Below are positions 23,090-34,617 of a stretch of 46,562 nucleotides of DNA, one piece after another. Source of the DNA: Chiloscyllium plagiosum (Eukaryota); contig NC_057720.1 of the NCBI RefSeq assembly GCF_004010195.1, positions 4,832,054 to 4,878,615 of the forward strand, in the 5' to 3' direction. The number at the start of each line of letters is the position of its first letter. Positions within the stretch are counted from its first letter, which is position 1. The notes under the pieces were generated by a model. That model was not told the DNA's origin. It did no database searches and worked only from the letters and a program-made list of their open reading frames with translations. A program made the position numbers and the translations under genes.

Positions 23090-24180
23090 AGCACAAATCA
23101 CTGCAGATGCTGGAAGCTGAACTGAAAAACAACAAATGCTGGAGATCACAGTGGATTAGGCAGCATCCATGGAGAGAGAACAAGCCAATGTTTCGAGTCT
23201 AGATGACTCTTCACCAGAGCTGATGTGAAGTGTGGAGGGGGGCAGCAGTTATACAATAACGGGTGGGGAGGTGAGGGGGGGGTTGGAGTGCTGGGGGAGA
23301 AAGAATATTAATAAGCCGTATGAGGCTGAGAGGTGACCTGATCGAAGTTTATTATGAGCGGTGTAGATAGACTCGATGGTGGGTGTCTTCCCCTCAAGAT
23401 GGGGAATTTCGAGACCAGGGGGCACATTTTTAGGGTAGGAGGAGAGAGATTTATAATAAACATAAGAGACAAATTTGTTACACAGAGGGTGGTTCGTGTG
23501 TGGTATCAACGTCCTGAGGAAGTGGTGGATGCGGGTATAGTTACAACATTTAAAAGACATTTGGGTGAATATGTGAATAGGAAAGGTTTGGAGGGATATG
23601 GGTCAGGAGCAGGCAGGTGGGACAAGTTTAGTTTTTCGATTACGGTTGCATGGACTAGTAGGACCGAAGGGTCTGTTTCCGTGTTATGTGCCTCTATGAT
23701 TAAGTCATCGGAATGTGAGAATGGAGAAAGTGAGGACTGCAGATGGCTGGAGAGTCGGAGTCGAAGAGTGTGACGCTGGAAAAGCACAGCAGGTCAGGCA
23801 GCATCTGAGGAGCAGGAGAGTCGACATTTCGGGCATAAGCTCGATGTTTCGAGACCTGGGGAAGAGCTTATGTTTGAAACCTTGACTCTCCTGCTCCTCA
23901 GATGCTGCCTGACCGGCTGTGCTTTTCCAGCATCACACTTTCTGACTCAGAATTTGCGATTGGCAGAATGGTGTGTCTAACTGTCAGACTGGAAAGAACA
24001 GACAGTCCCACAGGGGTGGGGGTGGGGAGAGAAGGTGACAGAGAACATAACAAGTAAAGCTGTAAGAAAAGGAAGGAACGGGTTCACAATTTGAATGTAT
24101 TGAGTTCAGTATTGAGCCCAGAAGGTTGTAAACTGTTGATCCTCCAGTTTGCTCTGTGATTCACTTGGTGTCAGCTGTCC
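23090..24180 (-). mobile_element. Old PLE (family D) directly after the DNase II stop codon, with nested CR1 (23320-23700, +) and a fold-back insertion
   Basis: Terminus at 23090-23310 with hammerhead GCU-CUGGUGA-A-GAGUC-AUCUA-GACUC-GAAA-CA-UU-GGC (23184-23220). ORF-end remnant LQPSGLN at ~24100-24130. Confidence 0.7.
23723..23948. mobile_element. Fold-back PLE terminal insertion, ~85-bp imperfect stem
   Basis: Arms 23758-23842 and 23864-23948; short flanking duplication AGAAT. Confidence 0.85.
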
Positions 24181-24190
24181 TCTCATTCCA

Positions 24191-24537
24191 CTACTGAGAG
24201 ATTGTGCAGTTAACGTACCAGGAGACCGACCTCCGCAGAGTTTGGTAAATATTCTGATGCTGTGTACAGAGAAGGCCCCCACTTCTCCACATTTGACCAA
24301 CTGACCGATTGAGATCTCCGATACAAACCCACTGCTCATGGTAACGCAGTGACACACACCATTTGGAGTGGTCATCGTCCGAGTAAAAGCTGGCTGGCCC
24401 TGGCAATTTGACCCTGGCAACATTATAGACGTGTTTGGGGAGGGAGCAGTTCGAAGGGAGCTGGTACTTGGTGCCATTCCAAGTTTGTGCCAACAAATCC
24501 GTCTTCAGATCCTGAGCAACCCAGGCTGCGTAAATAT
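24191..24537 (-). CDS. DNASE2B: DNase II (DNASE2B-like) last coding exon with second catalytic HxK motif and stop codon
   Basis: TCTTTTTCAG|ATATT; encodes DIYAAWVAQDLKTDLLAQTW...LPSNCSLPKHVYN...DHSKWCVS...CIGDLNRS...RSGGLLCTQ...NCTISQ*. The four exons total 786 nt (261 aa + TAG). AAWxAQxLKT, LPSNCSLPxHVYN and IGDLNRS..RSGG resemble DNase II beta more than alpha (from recalled sequences; the beta/alpha assignment is less certain than the family). Confidence 0.95.
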
Positions 24538-24974
24538 CTGAAAAAGATTGACAACAGGCACTGATGGTGAAAGATACATCGAGAATATATTTGAACTCGC
24601 ACATCTGCTGCTACTCCCTCACCGCAAAACACTTCCTGTTATCATATTTTAATCACGAGGTTTGAAGAAGATAGAAACTTAGCTCCAAACTTAGGTCTTT
24701 CAATTTGTTCAGTTTCGTATTAAATATCCTCATTTTCCTATTTACAACCTGTCGGGTTAACAACCCTCTGTAACAGAGGGTTAACAGACAGAGAAAGAGA
24801 GAGAGCGAGAGACTCTATAATAAAAGACGCTGACAGGATATTCTACAATATCCTGAATACAGAGAAAGAACAGAATTGAGTTGAGGTAATTAACTGTGGC
24901 AGGCAAACTCTGGGAGAAAAATCAGAGTATGATAGGAATAACAGTATTTGAGTAATCACTCCCAAAATTGCTCG

Positions 24975-25285
24975 GTAGCAGCAGAGTGTACCATCTATAA
25001 GATACACTGCAACAACTCATAGCGGCCTCCAGACCCACAAACCCTGCTTCCAGGAAGGACAAGGGTAGCTATCCCCTCCCAGCCACTCACCATCTGTTCC
25101 TTCACTGTCACTGAGTCAAAATCCTAGAATTCCCCTCCTAAGGGCATTGTGGGTCTACCTACAGCACATGGACTGCAGCGGTTCAAGAGGGCAGCTCACC
25201 CCAACTTCTCAAGGGGCAACTCAGGATAGGCAATAAATGCTGGGCCCAGGCAGCGACACCCACATCCCATGAATGAACAAAACAA
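24975..25285 (+). mobile_element. LINE 3' end (GGGCAATAAATGC family) in the last DNase II intron
   Basis: Homologous to 7870-8245. Confidence 0.8.
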
Positions 25286-25468
25286 ACATCTAAAGCAAAA
25301 TCATTTGAAGGTCTGGAGAGTGGGGGGCCTAACTGGATAGATCTTTCAAAATGCTAGCTTAGATATGATGGGCTAAATAGGATCCCACTACTCTGCATCC
25401 TTGTCTGATTGCACAGTCCAATTGGGAATGGGGACAGTTCCCTTCAAACAGGGGGTTTGGGCTCTTAC

Positions 25469-25666
25469 CATCTCCAAAACGCTTGAATTTAGTGAAGCTG
25501 TGAAGCTGGAGTCCTGCCGAGGATGTCAGCACAGTGTGACGTATCCATGGAGACTTGGACACACTGCCCCCCTTTGCAGCGATTTGCAGGTCTGAAAGTT
25601 CAGGCAGGAAGGTGTCAGGGAGAGACCAGTTGTAGATGCGTGGGTTCAAGTATAAAAACTGCCTTC
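25469..25666 (-). CDS. DNASE2B: DNase II (DNASE2B-like) internal coding exon, 198 bp
   Basis: TCTTTCTTTGCAG|GAAGG...GATG|GTAAGA. Encodes (G)RQFLYLNPRIYNWSLPDTFLPELSDLQ...LTSSAGLQLHSFTKFKRFGD. Phase 1-1. Confidence 0.93.
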
Positions 25667-26018
25667 CTGCAAAGAAAGATCTTCCTGCTGTTAGTTTGTC
25701 AGCAATAGGTCTGTAAAGTTATAGCCTCAAAACCTAGAACAAGAAGACAAAATAAAATCCACAGTGGTCAAACTGCTCCCTTGTCTGTCAGCTCAAAGGG
25801 CAAACTACATCTTCCACTGGTTCAGAGCTGAAGATCATGCGCTACTACAAAAACAAGAATGTGCATTTCAATAGCACCTTTAACATCATCACAGTGGGAC
25901 TTTGAAACAAAGTCACAGAGAGTGTTAGAGAAACCCAGCAAGTCCGGCCACATCTGCAAAGGGAGAAACAGAGTTAATGTTTTAGGTCCAGTGACCCTTC
26001 AGAAACTGAATTGTGTTA

Positions 26019-26237
26019 CAGTCGGTTCTGCTATAATGTATGTTTCTTCAACGTGAATTGGCTATAATGTGATTGAAGAATTTATACGATTATTTGGAGT
26101 ATGCGAAGTTTCCTTATCTGTATTAGCTATAACGTGATTCCGGCCCCATTAGTTTAAACAATGCGGCTATTGCACAATTTTCTTATAACATGAGATCGCA
26201 CAAGAACAGAGCTATTGTGTTATATGAGAACCGACTG
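26019..26237 (+). mobile_element. Tc1/mariner-type (MER6/Tigger-like) MITE
   Basis: TA|CAGTCGGTTCT...AGAACCGACTG|TC: 11-bp perfect terminal inverted repeat, TA on the left flank. Confidence 0.75.
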
Positions 26238-26348
26238 TCCTTGCTTCCAGTTTCAAATTGTGTTAAATGGCCTACTTATCACTGGGAATATTTTCACCGT
26301 TTGTTAAGGTCAATGTGATGGTTTTCCTGCCTTTTTCAACCAGGTTTT

Positions 26349-27688
26349 CATAGAACATAGAACAATACAGCGCAGAACAGGCCCTTCAGTCCTCGATGTT
26401 GCACCGACCCGTGAACTATTCTCAGCTCGTTTCCCTACACTATCCCAAAATCATCCATGTGCTTATCTAAGGATTGTTTAAATCTCCCTAATGTGGCTGA
26501 GTTAACTACATTAGCAGGCAGGGCATCCCATGCCCTTACCACTCTCTGCGTAAAGAACCTGCCTCTGACATCTGTCTTAAATCTATCACCCCTCAATTTG
26601 TAGTTATACCCCCTCATACAAGCCGACGTCATCATCCTAGGAAAAAGACTTTCACTGTCTACCCTATCTAATCCTCTAATCATCTTGTATGTCTCTATCA
26701 AATCCCCTCTTAGCCCTCTTCTTTCCAACGAGAACAGACCTAAGTCTCTCAGCCTTTCCTCATAAGACCTTCCCTCCAGACCAGGCAACATCTTGGTAAA
26801 TCTCCTCTGCACCTTTTCCAATGCTTCAACATCCTTCCCAAAATATGGGGACCAGAACTGTACAAAATATTCCAAGTGTGGCCGCATCAGCGTTTTGTAC
26901 AGTTGCAGCATGATATTGGGGCTCCGGAACTCAATCCCTCTACAAATGAAACCTAACACATCGTATGCCTTCTTAACAGCACTATTAACCTGGGTGGCAA
27001 CTTTTAGGAATCTATGTACTCCAAGATCCCTCTGCACATCCACACTACCAAGAATCTTTCCATTGACCCAGTACTCTGCCTTCCTGTTATTCTTCCCAAA
27101 GTGCACCACCGCACATTTAGCTGCATTGAACTCCATTTGCCACTCTCAGCCCAATTCTGCAGTTTATCCAAGTCCCTCTGCAACCTGTAACATTCTTCCA
27201 AACTGTCCACTACTCCACCGACTTTAGTGTCATCTGCAAATTTACTAAACCTTCCACCTATGCCTGTGTCTAAGTCATTTATAAAAATGACAAACAGCAG
27301 TGATCCCAAAACAGATCCTTGTGGCACACCACTAGTAACCGGACTCCAGACTGAATATGTTCCATCAACCTCCACTCGCTGCCTTCTTTCAGAAAGCCAG
27401 TGTCTAATCCAAACTGCTAAATCACCCTCAATCCCATGCCTCTGCATTTTCTCCAACAGCCTACCATGTGGAGCCTTATCAAAGGCTTTACTGAAGTCCA
27501 TGTTTACCACATCAACTGCCCTACCCTCATCTACATGCTTGGTCACCTTCTCAAAAAACTCAGTGAGGTTTGTGAGACATGACCTGCCCTTGATGAAACC
27601 ATGTTGACTATCTGAAATCAAATTGTTGCTTGCTAGATTATTATAAATCATATCTCTTATAATCCTTTCCAAAACCTTTCCTACAACC
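26349..27688 (-). mobile_element. Young CR1, 5'-truncated (RT domain and C-terminus, frameshifted)
   Basis: [38 protein letters not shown]; (CATAGAA)n tail at 26349. Confidence 0.93.
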
Positions 27689-30204
27689 TGGGTTACCTGC
27701 CCTGCCTTATTTCCTAAGTGTAGGTCAAGTTTTGCACCTTTTCTAGTAGGTACATCCACATATATTGAATCAGAAATGTTTCTTGTACATGCTTAACAAC
27801 ATGGTTGCTTTCCTGTCACAAGGCACATCCTTTTGCACATTTTATTAAAGAAGAGTCTTTGACTACAGCCTTAGTAAATCTACCCTCAGAAATTTGATTT
27901 AAACCCTGAGTATGTGGATGTTCCAAAAGCCTCAAAATTGTTTCAGAATTCTTCTTCTGTTTGACTTTTTCTTCAAGCTTTTGAACTTTTTTTTTGTGGT
28001 CTGAAATAAAGTCCTTGGCCTTTTTGTTTTTATTTTTGTGTGATGTTGCAAAATTCTCTTTTATTTTAATAGGTCACTACTACAACTGCATTCAATAGGT
28101 CAGCGGATATTTGCTCAAGATCCGGCATATAAACATGTCCAAGAGTTGACCCCAGAGCATTCAGGAAGCTCTCAACTTAGGAACCAGCATGTCTGCTTCT
28201 GTGTTATTGAGAAAGTAATGTGTCAATCTTTTCATTCTCAGTCCCTGAAGCAATGAGCACAGACACAGACTGCAACCAATGCCAAGGATTTCAGCTAAGG
28301 CAGAAATATATGAACAGTCCAATTATCATTGCACTCTGTGGTATCTGTAATGAATGTGCCAGTAAGACATTCCTCCAGGATCCATTTTTAGCATTTTTCT
28401 CAACTTGTTTTCAGTTGCCATGGTATTCGTTTAACACAGAGAGGAATTTCATGAAAACAAGTACATCCAGGGAAGTTATTTGGGTTGAACTGAGAAATAA
28501 GAAAAGGATGATCACCTTATTGGGATTGTATTATAGACCCCCTAATAGTCAGCGGGAAATTGAGAAACAAATTCGTAAGGAGATCTCAGTTATCTGTAAG
28601 AATAATAGGGTGGTTATGGTAGGGGATATTAACTTTCCAGACACAGACTGGGACTGCCACATTAAGGGTTTAGATGGAGAAGAATTTGTTAAGTGTGTAC
28701 AAGAAAATTTTCTGATTCAATATATGCATGTACCGACTAGAGAAGGTGCAAAACTTGACCTACTCTTGGGAAATAAGGCAGGGCAGGTGACTGAGGTGTC
28801 AGTGGGGGAGCACTGTGGGGCCAGCAACTACAATTGTATTAGTTTTAAAATAGTGATGGAAAAGGATAGACCAGATCGAAAAGTTGAAGTTCTAAATTGG
28901 AGAAAGGCCAATTTTGACGGTATTACGCAAGAACTTTCAGAAGCAGATCATGGGCAGATGTTCGCAGGTAAAGGGACGGCTGGGAAATGGGAAGCCTTCA
29001 GAAATGAGATAACAAGAGTCCAGTCAAAGTATATTCCTGTCAGGGTGAAAGGGAAGGCTGGTACTATAGGGAATGCTGGATGACTAAAGAAATTGAGGGT
29101 TTGGTTAAGAAAAAGAAGGAAGCATATGTCAGGTACAGACAGGATAGATTAAGTGAATCCTTAGAAGAGTACAAAGGAAGTAGGAGTATACTTAAGAGGG
29201 AAATCAGGAAGGCAAAAAGCAGACATGAGATAGCTTTGGTAAATAGAGGAAAGGAGAAACCAAAGGGTTTTTACAAATACAATAAGGACAGAAGGGTAAC
29301 TAGGGAGAGAACAGGGCCCCTCAAAGACTAGCAAGGTGGCCTTTGTGTGGAGCCGCAGGAGATGTGGGGGATACTAAACAATTTGTGTTTACTGTGGTAA
29401 AGGACATGGAAGAAATAGACTGTAGGGAAATAGGTGGTGACAAATTTAAAAATGTCCATATTACAGAGGAGGAAGTACTGGATGTCTTGAAACGGGTAAA
29501 GGTGGATAAATCCCCAGGACCTGATCAGGTGTACCCTAGAACTCTGTGGAAAGCTAGAAAAATGATTGCTGGGCCTCTTGCTGAGATATTTGTATCATTG
29601 ATAGTCACAGGTGAGGTGCCGGAAGACTGGAGGTTGGCTAACGTGATGCCACTATTTAGGAAATGTGGNNNNNNNNNNNNNNNNNNNNNNNNNNNNNNNN
29701 NNNNNNNNNNNNNNNNNNNNNNNNNNNNNNNNNNNNNNNNNNNNNNNNNNNNNNNNNNNNNNNNNNNNNNNNNNNNNNNNNNNNNNNNNNNNNNNNNNNN
29801 NNNNNNNNNNNNNNNNNNNNNNNNNNNNNNNNNNNNNNNNNNNNNNNNNNNNNNNNNNNNNNNNNNNNNNNNNNNNNNNNNNNNNNNNNNNNNNNNNNNN
29901 NNNNNNNNNNNNNNNNNNNNNNNNNNNNNNNNNNNNNNNNNNNNNNNNNNNNNNNNNNNNNNNNNNNNNNNNNNNNNNNNNNNNNNNNNNNNNNNNNNNN
30001 NNNNNNNNNNNNNNNNNNNNNNNNNNNNNNNNNNNNNNNNNNNNNNNNNNNNNNNNNNNNNNNNNNNNNNNNNNNTAAGTTTGCAGATGACACCAAAATT
30101 GGAGGTGTAGTGGACAGCGAAGAGGGTTACCTCAGATTACAACAGGATCTTGACCAGATGGGCCAATGGGCTGAGAAATGGCAGATGGAGTTTAATTCAG
30201 ATAA

Positions 30205-30320
30205 GACCATAAGACCATAAGACATAGGAGCGGAAGTAAGGCCCATTCGGCCCATCGAGTCCACTCTGCCATTCAATCATGGCTGATGAGCATTTCAACT
30301 CCACTTACCCGCATTCTCCC
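30205..30320 (-). mobile_element. CR1 3' tail nested in CR1, 7-bp TSD
   Basis: TSD CAGATAA at 30198-30204 and 30321-30327; (TAAGACCA)n tail. Confidence 0.75.
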
Positions 30321-30400
30321 CAGATAAATGCGAGGTGCTGCATTTTGGGAAAGCAATTCTTAGCAGGACTTATACACTTAATGGGAAGATCCTAGGGAGT

Positions 30401-30959
30401 GCTGCAACTATACAAAACGCTGATGCGGCCACACTCGGAATATTTTGTACAGTTCTGGTCCCCATATTTCGGGAAGGATGTGGAAGCATTGGAAAAGGTG
30501 CAGAGGAGATTTACCAGGATGTTGCCTGGTCTGGAGGGAAGGTCTTATGAGGAAAGGCTGAGAGACTTGAACCTGTTCTCATTGGCAAGAAGAAGGCTAA
30601 GAGGGGATTTGATGGAGACATACAAGATGATCAGAGGATTAGATGGGGTAGACAGTGGAAGTCTTTTTCCTAGGATGATGTCGTCAACTTGGACGAGGGG
30701 GCATAACTACAAATTGAGGGGTGATAAATTTAAGACAGATGTCAGAGGCAGATTCTTTACGCAGAGAGTGGTAAGGGTGTGGAATGCCCCACCTGCCAAT
30801 GTAATTAATTCAGCCACATTAGGGAGATTTAAGTAATCCTTGGATAAGCATATGGATGATGATGGGATAGTGTAGGGGGACAAGCGAGAATAGTTCACAG
30901 GTTGGCGCAACATCGAGGGCTGATGGGCCTGTTTTGTGCTGTATTGTTCTATGTTCTAT
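30401..30959 (+). mobile_element. Young CR1 3' fragment nested in CR1
   Basis: Interrupts the host at CTAGGGAGT|GTTGCTGAAC; same subfamily as 20888 and 26349. Confidence 0.88.
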
Positions 30960-31679
30960 GTTGCTGAACAAAGAGACCTTGGAGTGCAGGTTCATAGCTC
31001 CTTGAAAATGGAGTCGCAGGTAGGTAGGATAGTGAAGAAGGCGTTTGGTATGCTTTCCTTTATTGGTCAGAGTATTGAGTATGGGGGTTGGGAGGTCATC
31101 TTGCAGCTGTACAGGACATTGGTTAAGCCACTTTTGGAATATTGCGTGCAATTCTGGCTTCCTTCCTATCGGAAAGATGTTGTGAAACTTGAAAGGGTTC
31201 AGAAAAGATTTACAAGGATGTTGCCAGGGTTGGAGGATTTGAGCTATAGGGAGAGGCTGAACAGGCTGGGGCTGTTTTCCCTGGAGCATCGGAGGCTGAG
31301 GCGTGACCTTATAGAGGTTTATAAAATCATGAGGGGCATGGATAGGATGCATAGACAAAGTCTCTTCCCTGGGGTCGGGGAGTCCAGAACTAGAGGGCAT
31401 AGGTTTAGGGTGAGAGGGGAAAGAGACATCAGGGGCAACTCTTTCACGCAGAGGGTGGTACATGTATGCAACATTTAAAAGGCATCTGGATGGGTATATG
31501 AATAGGAAGGGTGTGGGAGGATATGGGCCAGGTGCTGGCAGTTGGGACTAGGTTGGGTTGGTATATCTGGTCGGCATGGACGGGTTGGACCAAAGGGTCT
31601 GTTTCCGTGCTGTACATCACCATGACTCTGTAAGTTAGTAGGTTTGCTACTAATCTCAATTTAGAGAGTTAAAGCCACT

Positions 31680-33740
31680 CAGCACCAGAAGTTTCAGTAG
31701 GGGATTATTTTGGGAATAATGATCACAATTCCATAAGTTTTAGAATACTCATGGTCAAAGACGAGAGTGGTCCTAAAGGAAGAGTGCTAATTTGGAAGAA
31801 GGCCAACTATAGCAAAATTTGACAGGAGCTGGGGAATGTCAATTAGCAGTAGCTGTTTGAAGTGAAAACCACATTCAATTTGTGGGAGGCTTTTAAAGAG
31901 AGGTTGATGAGAGTTCAGGAGAGATGTGTTCCTGTGAAAATGAGGGTAGAAATGGCAAGATTAGGAAAACATTGATGACGGGTGAAATTGTAAGACAAGC
32001 TAAGAGGAAACAGGATGCATAAGGTCTAGGTGACTGAAGACAGATGAAGCTTTGGAAGAATATCAGGAATGTAGGACCAATCTGAAACAAGGAATGAAGA
32101 GGGCTAAAAGGGGTCATGAGACATCCGTAGTGAGCAGGGTTAAGGAAAACCCCAAAACCTTTTATTCATATATAAGGAGCAAGAGAGTAGCTAGGGAAAG
32201 GGTTGGCCCACTCAAGGACAAAGGAGGAAAGTTATGCATGGAGTCAGAGAAAATGGTGAGATTCTTAATGAGTACTTTGTATTGGTATTCACCGAGGAGA
32301 GGGACATGACGGATGTTGAGGTTAGGGATAGATCTTTGATTAGGCTAGGTCAAGTCGGCAAAAGGAGAGAGGAAGTGATGTGTATTCTAAAAGGCATTAC
32401 GGTGGACAAGTCCCCACGTCTGGATGGGATCTATCCCCAGGTTACGGAGGGAAGTGAGAGAGGAAATAGCTGGGGCTTTAACAGATATCTTTGCAGCATT
32501 TTTAAACATGGGGGAGCTCCTCGAGAACTGGAGATTTGCTAACGTTGTCCCCTTGTTTAAGAAGGGTAGCTAGGATAATCCCAGGTAATTATAGTCCAGT
32601 GAGCCTGACGTTGATGGTAGGGAAGCTACTGGAGAAGATACTAAGGGATAGGATATATACCCATTTGGAAGAAAATGGGTTTATCAGTGATAGGCAGCAT
32701 GGTTTTGTGCAGGGAAGGTCATGTCTTACAAACCTAATAGAATTCTTTGAAGAGGTGAGAAAATTGATGAGGGAAGGGAGATAGATATCATATACATGAA
32801 CTTTAGTAAGGTGTTTGATAAGATTCTCCATGATAGATTGATGAAGAAGGTGAAGTCAGACAGGGTCCAGGGTGTTCTAGCTAGATGGATAGAGAACTGG
32901 CTGGACAACAGGAGACAGAGAGTAATAGTGGAAGGGAGTTTCTCAAAATGGAGACCTGTGACCAGTGGTGTCCCACAGGGATCTGTGCTGGGACCACTGT
33001 TGTTTGTGATATACGTAAATGATTTGGAGGAGGGTGTAGGTTGCCTCATTAACAAGTTTGCAGATGACACTAAGGTTGGTGGAGTAGCAGACTGTGAAGG
33101 GGACTATCAGAGAATAGAGTAAAATATAGATAGATTAGAGAGTTGGGCAGAGAAATGGCAGATGGAGTTCAATCTAGACAAATGCATGGTGATGCATTTT
33201 GGAAGATCCAATTCAAGAACAAACTATATGATAAATGGAAAAATCCAGGGTAATATTGATGTACAGAGAGATCTGGGTGTTCAGGTCCATTGTTCCCTGA
33301 AGGTGGCAATGCTGGTCAGTAGAGTGGTCAAGACGGCACAAAGCATGCTTTCCTTCATTGGATGGGGTATTGAGTACAAGAGTTGGCAGGTCATGTTACA
33401 GTTCTATAAGACTTTGGTTCAACCACATTTGGAATATTGTGTACAGTTCTGGTCTCCAGAGATGCGGATGGTTTGGAGAGGGTGCAGGGGAGGTTCACCA
33501 GGATGTTGCCTGGTATGGAGAGTGCTTGCTATGTGGAGAGGTTAAGTAGATTAGGATTATGTTCATTCGAAAGAAGGAGGTTATGGGGGGAACCTGATTG
33601 AGGCCTACAAAATCATGACAGGCATAGACAGGGCAGATAGCAAGAAGCTTTTTTCCAAAGTGAGGGTCTCAATTACTAGGGGTCACGAGTTCAAAGTGAG
33701 AGGGGAAAAGTTTAGGGGAGATATATGTGGAAGTTCTTCA
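31680..33740 (+). mobile_element. CR1 ORF2, degraded
   Basis: [43 protein letters not shown] with multiple frameshifts. Confidence 0.9.
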
Positions 33741-34010
33741 CACAGACAGTTGCCTGAGGCAAAGATTGAACTCAGGACCCTGGCGCTGTGCAGCAGCATT
33801 AACCACTGAGCCATCGTGAAATGCATGAAAAAGTTACCTCTTAGGTCCCTTTTAAATCTTTCTCCTCTACCCTAAACCTCTAGTTCTGAATTCCTCTACC
33901 CTGGGTAAAAGACTTTGTCTATTTACCCTATCCATGCCCCTCATGGTTTTATAAACCTGTATAAGGCCACCCCTCAGGCTCCAACACTCCAGGGAGAACT
34001 TGCCCAGCAG
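33741..34010 (-). mobile_element. HE1 SINE head (33741-33818) plus CR1 3' fragment (33820-34010)
   Basis: SINE head remnant and LRGGLIQVYKTMRGMDRVN. Confidence 0.75.
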
Positions 34011-34046
34011 CATCTCACCAACCTCACCATAGAACAGACTCCTTAC

Positions 34047-34208
34047 CAATTTCCATCACTTGTCTGTATTTGTAGGTGAAACAGAAAAGGATCTGTCCAA
34101 ACATCTTCCCAGTCGAAGGCCAGGAATACCGCTTGTTGGCAAAGGGTGGGAAATGTGGAACACTGTGACTCAGCCAAAACCCCTGGGATTTGTCAAACAG
34201 CAGAACCC
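34047..34208 (-). CDS. DNASE2B: DNase II (DNASE2B-like) internal coding exon, 162 bp
   Basis: ATTTCATTTCAG|GGGTT...ATTG|GTAAGG. Encodes (G)VLLFDKSQGFWLSHSVPHFPP...FGQILFCFTYKYRQVMEI, containing the GFWLxHSxPxFP DNase II motif. Phase 1-1, in frame with the neighbouring exons. Confidence 0.95.
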
Positions 34209-34277
34209 CTGAAATGAAATAAAAATGAGAAAGAAAGTAACAAACCCTATGACTATAAAGTGTCAAAAAGGCCACTA

Positions 34278-34477
34278 CAGGTGGTTCTGATATAATGTGA
34301 TATCCGTGCTCACGTGATCTCGTGTTATAAGAAAATCGCACAATAGTCACACCATTTAAACTAATGGGGCCGGAATCACCTTTCAGCCAATACTGGTAAG
34401 GAAAGTTCGTGTTCTACAAATAATGGTGTAAACTCTTCAATGGTGCTGAAGAAACAGCATTACAGCAGAAACGACTC
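34278..34477 (-). mobile_element. Second copy of the Tc1/mariner-type MITE, inverted relative to 26019-26237
   Basis: TA|CAGGTGGTTCT...AGAAACGACTC|TA. Internal TTTAAACTAATGGGGCCGGAATCAC is the reverse complement of the 26019 copy. Confidence 0.75.
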
Positions 34478-34483
34478 TATATT

Positions 34484-34617
34484 GTTCTGACAAGGAATCT
34501 CCGGACTCAAAACATTTAGTCTGCTTTCTCTCCACAGGTGCTGCCAGACCTGCTGAGTTTCTCCAGCAATTCCTTTACTTGTTTCAGATCTCCAGCACCT
34601 GCAGTTTTTTGTTTTCT
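34484..34617 (+). mobile_element. PLE terminus beginning at a degraded hammerhead
   Basis: ttctgacaaggaatctccggactcaaaacat...ctgccagacctgctgag...ctccagcacctgcag. Confidence 0.65.

Larger units (their letters stand above)
28455..31630 (+). mobile_element. CR1 (HER1-like) ORF2, long 5'-truncated copy with gap and two nested insertions
   Basis: APE motifs YRPPN, VGDINFPD, LDLLLGN; KSPGPD, PEDWRLANV, FADDTK; C-terminus 30960-31630. Confidence 0.92.

Noticed and set aside
24762..24782. 21-bp palindrome AACCCTCTGT-A-ACAGAGGGTT in the last intron
   Set aside because: Short, single occurrence, no context supporting function.
29343..30220. ORFs containing X runs
   Set aside because: Span the second assembly gap inside a CR1.
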